A stretch of 64,000 nucleotides of DNA, from positions 8,411-72,410 of the forward strand of contig JAJCZR010000050.1 of assembly GCA_029262295.1 (NCBI GenBank). Reading direction: 5' to 3'. This stretch comes from Deltaproteobacteria bacterium (lineage in GTDB: Bacteria; Desulfobacterota_D; UBA1144; Nemesobacterales; Nemesobacteraceae). The translations under genes were made by a program, and so were the position numbers. The notes beneath the pieces were generated by a model, which did not search any database, was not told the origin of the DNA, and saw only the letters and a list, made by a program, of their open reading frames with translations. Of this stretch, positions 37,625-47,346 are shown one piece after another; position 1 is the stretch's first letter, and each line of letters opens with the position of its first letter.

Positions 37625-38926
37625 CTAAGTTCTTACCTGCCCACCTCCGTAAATAATAAACTTTGATGTTGTCAGCTCTTCCAGCCCCATTGGCCCGAAA
37701 GCATGAAGTTTGGAGGTGCTAATCCCTATTTCAGCTCCGAGGCCCAGCTCAAAACCATCATTAAACCTTGTTGATGCATTTATAATTACTGCTGATGCAT
37801 CAACCCTGTCCAGGAATTTTTGTGAATTTTCGTAATTGCTTGTAACTATTGCCTCTGTGTGCATTGAGCCATATTGAGAAATATGGCTTATTGCATCATC
37901 CATGCTACCAACAATTTTTACATTTAGTATTAAATCGAGATATTCTTTGTGCCAATCATCAGGGGCAACACTGTAAACTGTTGACACGATCTTCCTTGTC
38001 TCCTCACAACCTTTTATTTGTACGCCTTTGTCCACAAAAGACTTTATCATTTTAGGAAGAAACTCTTCGGCAACATTTTTATGTACAAGCATTGTCTCCA
38101 TTGCATTGCAAACACCAGGGCGCTGCACTTTAGCATTTAAGCAAATCTCTTCTGCCATATTAAGGTTGGCAAATTCATCCACATAAGTATGGCAAACACC
38201 TTTATAATGCTTTAGAACAGGTATTCTTGAATTCTCAGAAACAAATCTGATCAGCCCTTCCCCACCTCTTGGAATAATTAGATCAATTTGGTCTTCAAGC
38301 TTTAACATTTCAAGGATTATTTCCCTATCAGTAACTGGAACTACCTGGATTGAATTTTCTGGAAGATTACATTCTACAAGTGCTTCTCTAAGAATCTTTG
38401 AGATTGCAAGATTAGAGTTAATAGTTTCAGAACCACCTCTAAGAATAACGGCATTTCCTGACTTGAGGCAAAGCCCTGCTGCATCGGCTGTAACGTTTGG
38501 GCGAGATTCATAGATTATTCCAATTACACCAAGTGGGATCCTTTTCTTACCAACAAGAAGGCCATTTGGCCTTTTCCACATCTTTGTAACTTCTCCAACC
38601 GGGTCATTTAACTTTGACACTTCAATCAGCCCGACTGCAACTTTTTTAATTCTCTCAGGTGTAAGTCTTAGCCTGTCTATCATTGCATCTGATAAACCTT
38701 TAGATTCAGCATTTTTTACATCAACTTTATTCTCATTTATGAGGATATCTTCATTTTCCACAAGTAATTTGGCCATTAGAAGCAAAGCATCATCTTTTTG
38801 TTTTGAAGGTGATCCTGAAAGCTTAATGGAAGCTTCTTTGGAATTTTTAGCTATATCAAAAATAATTTGTTGAATATTCTTCATATTCACAGGTTTTTTA
38901 GAGACAGTCTCAGACATAAGATACAC
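37625..38926 (-). CDS. proA: glutamate-5-semialdehyde dehydrogenase (gamma-glutamyl phosphate reductase)
   Basis: It has an aldehyde dehydrogenase fold with the motifs VGVIGIIYESRPNVT and the catalytic Cys in KGVCHTYVD. The last 25 aa are Gly-rich. No proB is adjacent. Confidence 0.85.
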   Translation of the reverse strand: MYLMSETVSKKPVNMKNIQQIIFDIAKNSKEASIKLSGSPSKQKDDALLLMAKLLVENEDILINENKVDVKNAESKGLSDAMIDRLRLTPERIKKVAVGLIEVSKLNDPVGEVTKMWKRPNGLLVGKKRIPLGVIGIIYESRPNVTADAAGLCLKSGNAVILRGGSETINSNLAISKILREALVECNLPENSIQVVPVTDREIILEMLKLEDQIDLIIPRGGEGLIRFVSENSRIPVLKHYKGVCHTYVDEFANLNMAEEICLNAKVQRPGVCNAMETMLVHKNVAEEFLPKMIKSFVDKGVQIKGCEETRKIVSTVYSVAPDDWHKEYLDLILNVKIVGSMDDAISHISQYGSMHTEAIVTSNYENSQKFLDRVDASAVIINASTRFNDGFELGLGAEIGISTSKLHAFGPMGLEELTTSKFIIYGGGQVRT

Positions 38927-38992
38927 CTTTTAAAAAGTAATAAATTTTATTATAACTGGAAGGTTAAAGTCAAGATGATGTTTTTAATAAAT

Positions 38993-39940
38993 CTATTTGA
39001 TTTTTTTCAAACTACTAATAAAAAATTTATAGTCTTTAATAGGAATGAAATTTGATTGAGATCTGTGGCTTAATATTAAAAATGTCATAAAAATAGATAT
39101 CAACAAAGACTGAAGAGCAATGATAATAAGTCCAATTATCATTGTTGAAGCCCAGCCTTCTATACTTTGAAAAAGTACAAACTTTTTAAATAATACAACT
39201 AAAGTGCCAATAAAAGAAAGTAGGACAATACCAGCTGAAATAGACATTATTCTTATCCCGACTTTGTCTATATAGATTGAAATTGAACTCAAACCATGAA
39301 GTATCAAATTTTCAAAATTCATTTTTGATATACCTGAATATCTGTTGCCTCTATCGAGCGGAACACTATCAAAAGGAATTTTCGACCTTATAATACCTGC
39401 TGAATAGTGATTCCAAATTTCGGAAATCGAAACGAGCCTTCTTAACAATTTTCCAGGGATTATACTAAAATTACCAAATTGGATGTTTTCTCCGGTAAGA
39501 AGATAGAAAAACAATTTATATGTAGAATAAAATATTTTAAAGAAAAAATCTTCTGTGCGCTTTTTTCTTTTGGCAAAAATTATTTTGTCAGAATTTCTTT
39601 TTTGTGCTTCAATTAGCTTAATTATATCCTCTGGTTTATCTTCCCCATCACTATCCATGACAATAACAGAATCAACTTCAATATTTTCATTTATATAACA
39701 AAGTCCAATAGCAATTGCTCGTTGATGTCCAATATTTCTTGTTAATTCAATAACCTGAAAGCTTTTTATTCTATCTGTATTACAAGTATCACAGACGATT
39801 TTTTCAGTTGAACCATCATTTACAATTACAACACTAATATCTTCTATATTTTCTAGATTTAGTTTTGAGATTTCCTCAAGAAGGAATTCCAAGGATTCCC
39901 AGTCATTATAAACAGGTGTGAGTATGCATATACTATTCAT
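38993..39940 (-). CDS. GT2 polyprenyl-phosphate glycosyltransferase (GtrB/ArnC/DPM1-like)
   Basis: An N-terminal GT-A domain (ILTPVYNDWESL...VIVNDGSTEK...DSDGED) is followed by two C-terminal TM helices. Confidence 0.78.
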   Translation of the reverse strand: MNSICILTPVYNDWESLEFLLEEISKLNLENIEDISVVIVNDGSTEKIVCDTCNTDRIKSFQVIELTRNIGHQRAIAIGLCYINENIEVDSVIVMDSDGEDKPEDIIKLIEAQKRNSDKIIFAKRKKRTEDFFFKIFYSTYKLFFYLLTGENIQFGNFSIIPGKLLRRLVSISEIWNHYSAGIIRSKIPFDSVPLDRGNRYSGISKMNFENLILHGLSSISIYIDKVGIRIMSISAGIVLLSFIGTLVVLFKKFVLFQSIEGWASTMIIGLIIIALQSLLISIFMTFLILSHRSQSNFIPIKDYKFFISSLKKIK

Positions 39941-39958
39941 TATAAAAATAAATCTGAA

Positions 39959-40954
39959 TTATTTATTTTTGTAGTACCATTCAATTGTAGATTTTAATCC
40001 GTCTGTAAGACTGGTTTTAGATTTAAAACCAAATTCTTTTTGAGCTTTTACAATATCCAGCTTTCTTCTGGGTTGCCCATCAGGTCTTTTCTCATCCCAA
40101 ATAACTTCACCCTCATAACCAACAAGTTTCTTTATTAACCCAACTAAGTCGTTTATTACTATTTCCTCAGAAGAACCGAGATTTACTGGCTCACTACTAT
40201 TATAATTTTCAAGTGCAAGCAAAATACCTTCTGCCGCATCTTCAACATACAAAAACTCTCTTGAAGGAGTGCCGGTACCCCATACAGTTACACTTTCAAG
40301 CTCTTCTTCTTTTGCTTCTACAAACTTCATAATTAAAGCGGGAATTACATGAGAGTGTTCAAGATGAAAGTGATCACCTGGTCCGTAAAGGTTTACAGGA
40401 AGTAAAAATATTGAGTTTAAACCGTACTGTTTTCTATATGATTCGGACTGTACCTGCAGGATTTTTTTGGCAATTCCGTAAGGTGCATTTGTTTCCTCAG
40501 GAAAACCGTTCCAAAGATCATCCTCACTAAAAGGCACTGGTGTAAATTTTGGGTAAGCACATACGGTGCCGACAGCCACAAATTTTTCTATCTCGCACCT
40601 TCTTGCGGCTTCCAGTAACTGAATGCCCATAATAGCATTATCATAGAAAAGTTCGCCAGGATATTTTATGTTATATCCAATACCACCTACCCTTGCAGCA
40701 AGGTGAATTACAATATCTGCACTTTTTACTAGATTATAACAATTTTCCCATACTCTAAGATCATATTCCTTACTTCTTGGAATAATAATGTTTTTATCAT
40801 TGGCACCTCTTTCCTGCAACTTTTGTTTAACAAAAGTACCCAGGAAACCTGCCCCGCCCGTAAGAAGTATTCTTTTTGAGGAAAGATCCATTTTTCTAGT
40901 CGGAATTCCACCATCGATTGGAAAATTTTTCTTTGAGTATTTTATCACCTTCAC
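39959..40954 (-). CDS. fcl: GDP-L-fucose synthase (GDP-4-keto-6-deoxy-D-mannose 3,5-epimerase/4-reductase); probable start at MDLSSKR ~40891
   Basis: It is an SDR with [33 protein letters not shown] and YGIAKK. It lies downstream of gmd. Confidence 0.85.
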   Translation of the reverse strand: MKVIKYSKKNFPIDGGIPTRKMDLSSKRILLTGGAGFLGTFVKQKLQERGANDKNIIIPRSKEYDLRVWENCYNLVKSADIVIHLAARVGGIGYNIKYPGELFYDNAIMGIQLLEAARRCEIEKFVAVGTVCAYPKFTPVPFSEDDLWNGFPEETNAPYGIAKKILQVQSESYRKQYGLNSIFLLPVNLYGPGDHFHLEHSHVIPALIMKFVEAKEEELESVTVWGTGTPSREFLYVEDAAEGILLALENYNSSEPVNLGSSEEIVINDLVGLIKKLVGYEGEVIWDEKRPDGQPRRKLDIVKAQKEFGFKSKTSLTDGLKSTIEWYYKNK

Positions 40955-41939
40955 CCACGGGTTTTAATGATAGTTTCTTCATATCAGCATCAACCATTAT
41001 TTTAAGAAGGTCATCAAAAGTGATTTTTGCTTTCCAGTTAAGGATTTTTTCTGCTTTTTCGGGATCACAAAGAAGACTGTTTACTTCTGTAGGCCTGAAA
41101 TATTTTTCATCTATTTTGACATGTTTATTCCAATCAAGTCCCGCATAATGAAAAGCTTTTTCTACAAATTCAGCTACGCTATGCTGCTCTCCAGTGCCAA
41201 TCACAATATCTGTGGGCTCTTCAAGCTGCATAAGGTTGTACATCACTTCAACATACTCTGGTGCAAAACCCCAGTCTCTTTTAGGTTCAAGGTTTCCAAG
41301 GAAAAGAAAATCCTGATTTCCGGCAAGAATATTCGCAATTGCCCTGGTTATCTTTCTTGTTACAAAACGCTCGCCCCTTCTCGGAGATTCGTGATTAAAT
41401 AAAATCCCACTTATTGCAAAGATATCATAGCCTTCCCTATAATTAACAACTGTCCAGTGAGCATAAAGCTTTGAGCAGGCATATGGGCTTTGCGGTCTAA
41501 AAGAGGTGTTTTCGTTTTGGGGAGGTTTTGCCTCACCAAACATCTCACTGCTTGATGCCTGATAGAATTTACATTTCACACCACTTCTTCTAATGGATTC
41601 AAGTATTCTGAGTGTTCCCAAACCAGTGATATCAGAGCTATACTCCGGAATATCAAAACTTACTTTCACATGGCTTTGAGCACCTAAATGATATATTTCC
41701 TCAGGCTCAATTTCGTAAATAAGGTTGGTTAGATGACTTGAATCCGAAAGGTCACCATAGTGCAGATAAAGTTCAACATTTTGATTGTGCGGATCTGTAT
41801 AAATATGATCTATTCTATCAGTATTGAAATTACTTGATCTTCTTATTATCCCATGGACTTCATAACCTTTTGATAAAAGAAGTTCTGCAAGATAGGAACC
41901 ATCTTGCCCGGTAATTCCTGTTATTAGTGCTTTTTTCAT
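40896..41939 (-). CDS. gmd: GDP-mannose 4,6-dehydratase
   Basis: The N-terminus [36 protein letters not shown] is followed by [12 protein letters not shown] and [10 protein letters not shown]. Confidence 0.93.
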   Translation of the reverse strand: MKKALITGITGQDGSYLAELLLSKGYEVHGIIRRSSNFNTDRIDHIYTDPHNQNVELYLHYGDLSDSSHLTNLIYEIEPEEIYHLGAQSHVKVSFDIPEYSSDITGLGTLRILESIRRSGVKCKFYQASSSEMFGEAKPPQNENTSFRPQSPYACSKLYAHWTVVNYREGYDIFAISGILFNHESPRRGERFVTRKITRAIANILAGNQDFLFLGNLEPKRDWGFAPEYVEVMYNLMQLEEPTDIVIGTGEQHSVAEFVEKAFHYAGLDWNKHVKIDEKYFRPTEVNSLLCDPEKAEKILNWKAKITFDDLLKIMVDADMKKLSLKPVGEGDKILKEKFSNRWWNSD

Positions 41940-41942
41940 TTC

Positions 41943-42881
41943 TTAGAGAATTGTTTTAAAATATTTAATAGCTTCTTTTAACCCGTCTTCAAGATCAACT
42001 TTTGGTTTCCAGTTAAGCTCGTTCTTAGCTTTAGTTATATCAGGTTTTCTTCTCACTGGATCGTTTTCGGGAAGTTCTTTATTAATAATACTTGATTTCG
42101 ATCCTGTAAGCTTAATTATCAGCTCTGCAAGGTCCAGGATTGTTCTTTCATCATCAGGGTTTCCAAGATTAATAGGACCTGTCACTCCTTCCCTTGACTT
42201 CATCATAAGCATAAGGCCTTCTACAAGATCATCAATATAGCAAAAAGAGCGTGTCTGATTCCCATCTCCATAAATAGTTATATCTTCATTATTCAGCGCC
42301 TGAACAATAAAGTTACTTACAACCCTTCCGTCACTCGGATGCATTTTAGGTCCGTAAGTATTAAATATCCTCACAACTTTTATATCGAGGGCATGCTGAC
42401 GGTGGTAATCAAAAAACAAAGTTTCTGCACATCTTTTACCCTCATCATAGCATGATCTTGGGCCAATAGGGTTTACATGGCCCCAATACTCTTCAGTCTG
42501 TGGATGTACTTTGGGATCACCATAAACTTCACTCGTGGATGCTTGAAGTATTCTGCACCTGACCCTTTTTGCGAGGCCAAGCATATTTATTGCCCCTGAC
42601 ACATTTACTTTAGTTGTCTGGACAGGGTCAAACTGATAGTGAACCGGTGATGCTGGACAAGCAAGGTTATATATTTGATCTACTTCCACATAAAGTGGGA
42701 AGCAAATATCATGGCGCATTACTTCAAAAAAATTATTATCTAAAAGATGTGAAATATTTTCTTTTGTGCCGGTATAAAAGTTATCCACACAAAGTACATC
42801 TTCACCTTCTTTAAGGAGTCTCTCACAAAGGTGTGAGCCAATAAAACCTGCCCCACCTGTTACAAGTATTTTCCTTTTCAT
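41943..42881 (-). CDS. UDP-glucuronate decarboxylase (UDP-xylose synthase), SDR family
   Basis: The N-terminus [34 protein letters not shown] is followed by YDEGKRCAE and [10 protein letters not shown], typical of UXS. Confidence 0.85.
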   Translation of the reverse strand: MKRKILVTGGAGFIGSHLCERLLKEGEDVLCVDNFYTGTKENISHLLDNNFFEVMRHDICFPLYVEVDQIYNLACPASPVHYQFDPVQTTKVNVSGAINMLGLAKRVRCRILQASTSEVYGDPKVHPQTEEYWGHVNPIGPRSCYDEGKRCAETLFFDYHRQHALDIKVVRIFNTYGPKMHPSDGRVVSNFIVQALNNEDITIYGDGNQTRSFCYIDDLVEGLMLMMKSREGVTGPINLGNPDDERTILDLAELIIKLTGSKSSIINKELPENDPVRRKPDITKAKNELNWKPKVDLEDGLKEAIKYFKTIL

Positions 42882-43484
42882 CTAACCTTTGGGAATTAAC
42901 CCTTTATCTTCGAGGTATGCAACAAGTTCCGCTGTAGAGTCTTCAATAGTCCTGTCTTTGGTTTTAACCGTTATTTCTGCATTCAAAGGTTCTTCATAAG
43001 GATCATCTATACCTGTGAATCCCTTTATAATTCCTTCTCTTGCTTTCTTATAAAGCCCTTTAACATCTCTGTTTTCACACTCTTCTACCGGGCAATCTAC
43101 AAACACTTCAATAAACTCTGCGTCTTCAACAATTTCCCTTATTCTGTCGCGGTCTTTTCTGTAAGGTGAGACAAATGCAGATAAAACCAAAACTCCGGCA
43201 TCAACAAACAGTTTAGAAACCTCACCAATTCTTCTTATATTCTCTTCTCTGTCTTCAGCTGAAAAACCAAGGTCATTACATAGCCCTACCCTTATATTAT
43301 CTCCATCAAGAATATAAGTTCTGATATGGCGCTGTATCAACACCTTTTCAACTTCATTGGCAAGCGTGGATTTACCTGAACTTGGAAGCCCGGTGAACCA
43401 TACAATTACTGATCCGTGTTTATTTAATTTTCTTCTATCTTCTTTTCTAATAAAGTGATCGTGCGGGATTACAAATCTTTCCAT
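42882..43484 (-). CDS. cysC: adenylylsulfate (APS) kinase
   Basis: The P-loop is VIVWFTGLPSSGKSTLA, with further motifs DGDNIRVGLCNDLGFS and SAFVSPYRKDR. Confidence 0.9.
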   Translation of the reverse strand: MERFVIPHDHFIRKEDRRKLNKHGSVIVWFTGLPSSGKSTLANEVEKVLIQRHIRTYILDGDNIRVGLCNDLGFSAEDREENIRRIGEVSKLFVDAGVLVLSAFVSPYRKDRDRIREIVEDAEFIEVFVDCPVEECENRDVKGLYKKAREGIIKGFTGIDDPYEEPLNAEITVKTKDRTIEDSTAELVAYLEDKGLIPKG

Positions 43485-43556
43485 GTTATTTAATGCCTCC
43501 TGAATAAAATAGAGTTACAATTTATCATTTTTGGGGAATTATTAAAGTTATTGAAT

Positions 43557-44915
43557 TTAAAACTTCTTATCACGAGACTCCCAGGTACCTTTAAAAGTGA
43601 TCCAGAATGAAAGAAAAATAAGCCTTAAATCCAGAAAAAAGCTTCTCTTTTTTATATACAATCTATCATATCTGAACTTATGTTGTCTCTTTATATCTCT
43701 GGGGGCATATATTTGGGCAATACCTGTTAACCCTGGGACAACGGTGTGCCTCTCTTTATAACCCGGAATATCTTCAATACTAAGGTTCTTACCTTTACTA
43801 TTAGTTTCAATCTCATTAGGTGAAAGTGCCCTTGGGCCAACAAAACTCATATAACCTTTGAATATACTTAAAAGTTGTGGGAGTTCATCCATTGCCGAGC
43901 TTCGTAAAATCTTTCCAATTCTTGTAATTCTCTTGTCATTTTCTTTTGCCTGCAGGGGACCGTAAAGCTCATCTGAATCTTCAATCATTGTCCTGAACTT
44001 ATATGCTGTAAACTCTTGTCCTTGAAGACCTACCCTTTGTTGTTTATAGAACACGGCTCCATTATCTTCAACTTTGATAAGTGCTGCAATTATAATCCAA
44101 AGAGGAAAAGATATGGTTAAACCAAATAAAGATAAAACAACATCAAATATGCGTTTTAATATTGTGTATATATCCACAAATTGAAATAGTTTTCCAAAAG
44201 GTTTTCTTATTATAAGAAGTGGAGAGACATTAAGACCTATTTTTTTACATGACTTGTAACATTCATAGTTTGCCAAAATAATATTTTTAATATTCCTGTT
44301 ACTTGTACCGCCCATTCTCATTCTTACTATTATCTCAGTTAAGTAGTGATTCGATATTCTTTCCTTAAAGAGGAGTTTCACCATTAATGCGTAATCAGAT
44401 GCGATTTTATAACTGAGATCATACATCCCATACTTTTCAAAAATCTTCTTTCTTACATAAAAAGTTGGATGAGGAGGATGCCATCCTTTTCTTAAAAGGC
44501 TAATCTTGAACTCATTTGATTTCCAGTTGCGAATTACTTTATCAGTATCTGATTTGTCCACATAGACTAGATCGCCGTAGCAACTATCAACATCTTTCTT
44601 TTTAAAAACATTAGCTATTTTTGCAACTGTATTTTCATCATAAAAAATATCGTCAGAATTTAAAAAACCTATAATTTCGCCAGTAGATAACTGAACACCC
44701 TTATTCATTGCATCATAAATGCCCAAATCTATTCCTGATATTAGCCTTATTTTAGGATTATTATTTTCTTTAATGATCTTTAGGGTTTTGTCTGTGGATT
44801 CACCGTCGACAATTATATGTTCAATATCTTGGTAAGTCTGAGAATTAACACTATCTATACAATCTTTAATATATTTTTCATTATTGTAAACAACTGTAAT
44901 TACTGAGATTTTCAT
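43557..44915 (-). CDS. bifunctional protein: N-terminal GT2 glycosyltransferase fused to C-terminal small polyprenyl-phosphate phosphoglycosyltransferase (PglC/WbaP C-terminal 'bacterial sugar transferase' domain)
   Basis: The N-terminal part is ISVITVVYNNEKYIKDCIDSVNSQTYQDIEHIIVDGESTDKT (GT-A). The C-terminal part has a re-entrant helix LWIIIAALIKV, then FYKQQRVGLQGQEFTAYKFRTM and SAMDELPQLLSIFKGYMSFVGPR (PGT catalytic D-E dyad). Confidence 0.8.
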   Translation of the reverse strand: MKISVITVVYNNEKYIKDCIDSVNSQTYQDIEHIIVDGESTDKTLKIIKENNNPKIRLISGIDLGIYDAMNKGVQLSTGEIIGFLNSDDIFYDENTVAKIANVFKKKDVDSCYGDLVYVDKSDTDKVIRNWKSNEFKISLLRKGWHPPHPTFYVRKKIFEKYGMYDLSYKIASDYALMVKLLFKERISNHYLTEIIVRMRMGGTSNRNIKNIILANYECYKSCKKIGLNVSPLLIIRKPFGKLFQFVDIYTILKRIFDVVLSLFGLTISFPLWIIIAALIKVEDNGAVFYKQQRVGLQGQEFTAYKFRTMIEDSDELYGPLQAKENDKRITRIGKILRSSAMDELPQLLSIFKGYMSFVGPRALSPNEIETNSKGKNLSIEDIPGYKERHTVVPGLTGIAQIYAPRDIKRQHKFRYDRLYIKKRSFFLDLRLIFLSFWITFKGTWESRDKKF

Positions 44916-44930
44916 TCAACAAGTAAATTT

Positions 44931-44951
44931 CCTCTCCCTTGATGGGAGAGG
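44931..44951 (-). promoter_or_regulatory. perfect 8-bp hairpin (CCTCTCCC-5nt-GGGAGAGG) containing a Shine-Dalgarno-like sequence in the leader of the GT2-PGT gene
   Basis: It is a perfect palindrome at 44931-44938 / 44944-44951. On the mRNA (minus strand), GGGAGAGG lies ~15 nt upstream of the ATG at 44915. Confidence 0.4.
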
Positions 44952-44973
44952 ATTTAGGTGAGGGTGATAATAG

Positions 44974-45522
44974 CTACTCAATCACCCTGCTCTTAACAGC
45001 AACAGTCTCATTAGTTTTATAAATAGTATAAGATTCGGTATCTTCAGTAACAATACATCCTGCTGTAATAACACTGTGTGATCTCAATGTAACTCCAGGA
45101 CATATAATTGACTTAGCTCCAATCCATACACCATCTTCAATATTAATTTCACCTGTTATAAGATCAAAAGACTCGGATTTATAGTTATGGTTTCCAGTAC
45201 ATAAATATGAACCCTGCGAGACACAAGCATTATTTCCTATAGATACTTTGGCAAGATTATCTATCCAGACGCCCTCACCTATCCAGCTATTATTACCAAT
45301 CTCTAAAAACCATGGGTACTTAATATTTACATTTGGTTTTATTACTATTCCTTCAGCTACTTTTGCTCCAAAAAACTTTAACAGACTTGTCTTTAAACTG
45401 TTTGGATATGGAACCGAACACTTAAAGAAAAATATGTTTGTCAGGTACCAAAGGGCTCTTTTTAAAGCACTTCCCGGATTGTACCAATTATTAGAAAATT
45501 TACTTAGATCAACTTTTTTCAT
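44974..45522 (-). CDS. hexapeptide-repeat (LbH) sugar O-acetyltransferase, WcaF/colanic-acid-type
   Basis: It has left-handed beta-helix repeats (IGNNSWIGEGVWI, VGNNACVSQGSYLCTGNH, GVWIGAKSIICPGVTL). The length is 182 aa. Confidence 0.8.
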   Translation of the reverse strand: MKKVDLSKFSNNWYNPGSALKRALWYLTNIFFFKCSVPYPNSLKTSLLKFFGAKVAEGIVIKPNVNIKYPWFLEIGNNSWIGEGVWIDNLAKVSIGNNACVSQGSYLCTGNHNYKSESFDLITGEINIEDGVWIGAKSIICPGVTLRSHSVITAGCIVTEDTESYTIYKTNETVAVKSRVIE

Positions 45523-46489
45523 AATATTTAATTGATGATGATAGTTTTTTTGTCGGAAGTTCCGTTAACCTGTACAAGATATATGAAAAAACAATTGATA
45601 TAAAAAGAGCTAAAGCTATAAAAATAATTTTTTCATATAATTGATCTGCATATCTCACTCCCAAATTTATAATTCTGCCTCCAATTGGAACATGAATTAA
45701 ATATAAAGAATAGGATATATCACCTAAAAAATTAAGCACTTTAGAATTACTGTTAAAAACAAAAATTAATGTTATCGCTACAACACCTGCAACTGTCTGT
45801 GGAATACTTAATACGAAATACAAGGTAATGACTGTAAACAGCATTAAGACCACAAATTCTTTTATTTTTATAAGCTCGCAAAAATAAAGAAATGAAAATA
45901 TTCCAAGAAAAAAAAGAGGAGTAAACCTGAAAAATAGTCCCTGGATATTAAATATATAGTTTGCAGAAATACATAATAAAAAGATTACTAATGCATAATA
46001 TTTATTTTTTAGAAGGCCAAACAGTACTCCACAAAAAATATAAAACTGTATCTCAATAGCAAGGGTCCAAAATACAGGATTGATCCATGAGTAACCTAGG
46101 AGTTCTGAAAAATAAGTAAGATTTGAAAGTATTAACCCAAAACCATATTCAACTGATTCATCTCTATAAAAAGGCATCAATGATGATATAAAGTGAAGAA
46201 AAATATAAATAAAAACCGATGCAAAAAATGCGGGATAAATTCTAATTAATCTTTTTTTAGCAAATATTAAAAATTTGGAAAGTTTATATCTTCCTCTGTA
46301 TAGAGAATAAGGAATTATAAAACCAGATATTACAAAGAACATCTCCACACCAAGCCATCCGTATTTTCCACTTGATTTAAGAAGACCTTCATCTAAAAAG
46401 TTGGAGTTACCATTAGTAAAATGAAACCAGCAAACAAAAAGAGATGCCAACCCCCTTAAAACATTCACACTTGTGATCTGTTTTTTCAT
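45509..46489 (-). CDS. acyltransferase family 3 (OafA/OatA-like membrane O-acetyltransferase)
   Basis: It has 10 predicted TM helices and the N-terminal motif VLRGLASLFVCWFHF. Confidence 0.75.
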   Translation of the reverse strand: MKKQITSVNVLRGLASLFVCWFHFTNGNSNFLDEGLLKSSGKYGWLGVEMFFVISGFIIPYSLYRGRYKLSKFLIFAKKRLIRIYPAFFASVFIYIFLHFISSLMPFYRDESVEYGFGLILSNLTYFSELLGYSWINPVFWTLAIEIQFYIFCGVLFGLLKNKYYALVIFLLCISANYIFNIQGLFFRFTPLFFLGIFSFLYFCELIKIKEFVVLMLFTVITLYFVLSIPQTVAGVVAITLIFVFNSNSKVLNFLGDISYSLYLIHVPIGGRIINLGVRYADQLYEKIIFIALALFISIVFSYILYRLTELPTKKLSSSIKYYEKS

Positions 46490-47340
46490 TTAGGGGTGTT
46501 ATTCTTTTTCAATTCATAAATTTTTGCATCCACTAAGAACCTGAACCAAAGTGCATGTAGAAAATGAAATATTAATCCCTGTTTACCATCAAGAAATCCC
46601 AATCTTATGATGTATCTGTAAAAGAAATACAGGAATGGTCTTAAAAAAGGAGGAAGTTTATAAAAGATAGATTTATTCTGGCTAATTCTTTGATCCGGAG
46701 AGCCTTTAGTAGAGGCCTTACCCGAACTTCCATTTTTCTTTGTGTATTCAAGTGCAAACCTTTCTGCATATTTAATGTGTTTGTCTGTCCAGAATGAAAG
46801 ATCATCTTCCTTATGGTTTTCTTCAATAATATCGTTATTTAGAAGCTTCGTTCTCCCATCTATATAAAAGTGATGGTCTACAAGTTCATCTGAATCAATT
46901 CTGACTTTATCTTTTTTGAATATTTTAAGCAGATATTTAGGATAAAAACCACCATATCTGATCCACTTACCCATAAAAATATATTTTCTTTTTACATACA
47001 AACCGTGAACATCTTCAGGAAGAACAGGAAATAGACTTTCAAGTTCACTCCAAAGCTCTTTTGTAATAGTCTGGTCAGAATCAAGCCCAAATATCCACTC
47101 GGTCTCAATAGATAGGTTTTCTAATGCCCAAAGCCATTGCTTAGAATGAGTCTCAAATTCGTGTTGTAACACATCTACATTATTGAATTTATTAGCTATT
47201 TCCAGTGTTTTGTCGTCTGAGTATGAATCAACAATATAAATATTATTAACATAATTTGTAATACTTTTAAGGCATTTTTCGATATTTAATTCTTCGTTAT
47301 ATGTGAGAATAATTACTGAAATTGGGAGTTTTGGTTTCAT
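46486..47340 (-). CDS. glycosyltransferase family 2
   Basis: The motifs ISVIILTYNEELNIEKCLKSI and YIVDSYSDDKT (GT-A DxD region) are present. Confidence 0.75.
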   Translation of the reverse strand: MKPKLPISVIILTYNEELNIEKCLKSITNYVNNIYIVDSYSDDKTLEIANKFNNVDVLQHEFETHSKQWLWALENLSIETEWIFGLDSDQTITKELWSELESLFPVLPEDVHGLYVKRKYIFMGKWIRYGGFYPKYLLKIFKKDKVRIDSDELVDHHFYIDGRTKLLNNDIIEENHKEDDLSFWTDKHIKYAERFALEYTKKNGSSGKASTKGSPDQRISQNKSIFYKLPPFLRPFLYFFYRYIIRLGFLDGKQGLIFHFLHALWFRFLVDAKIYELKKNNTPK

Positions 47341-47346
47341 ATTATT

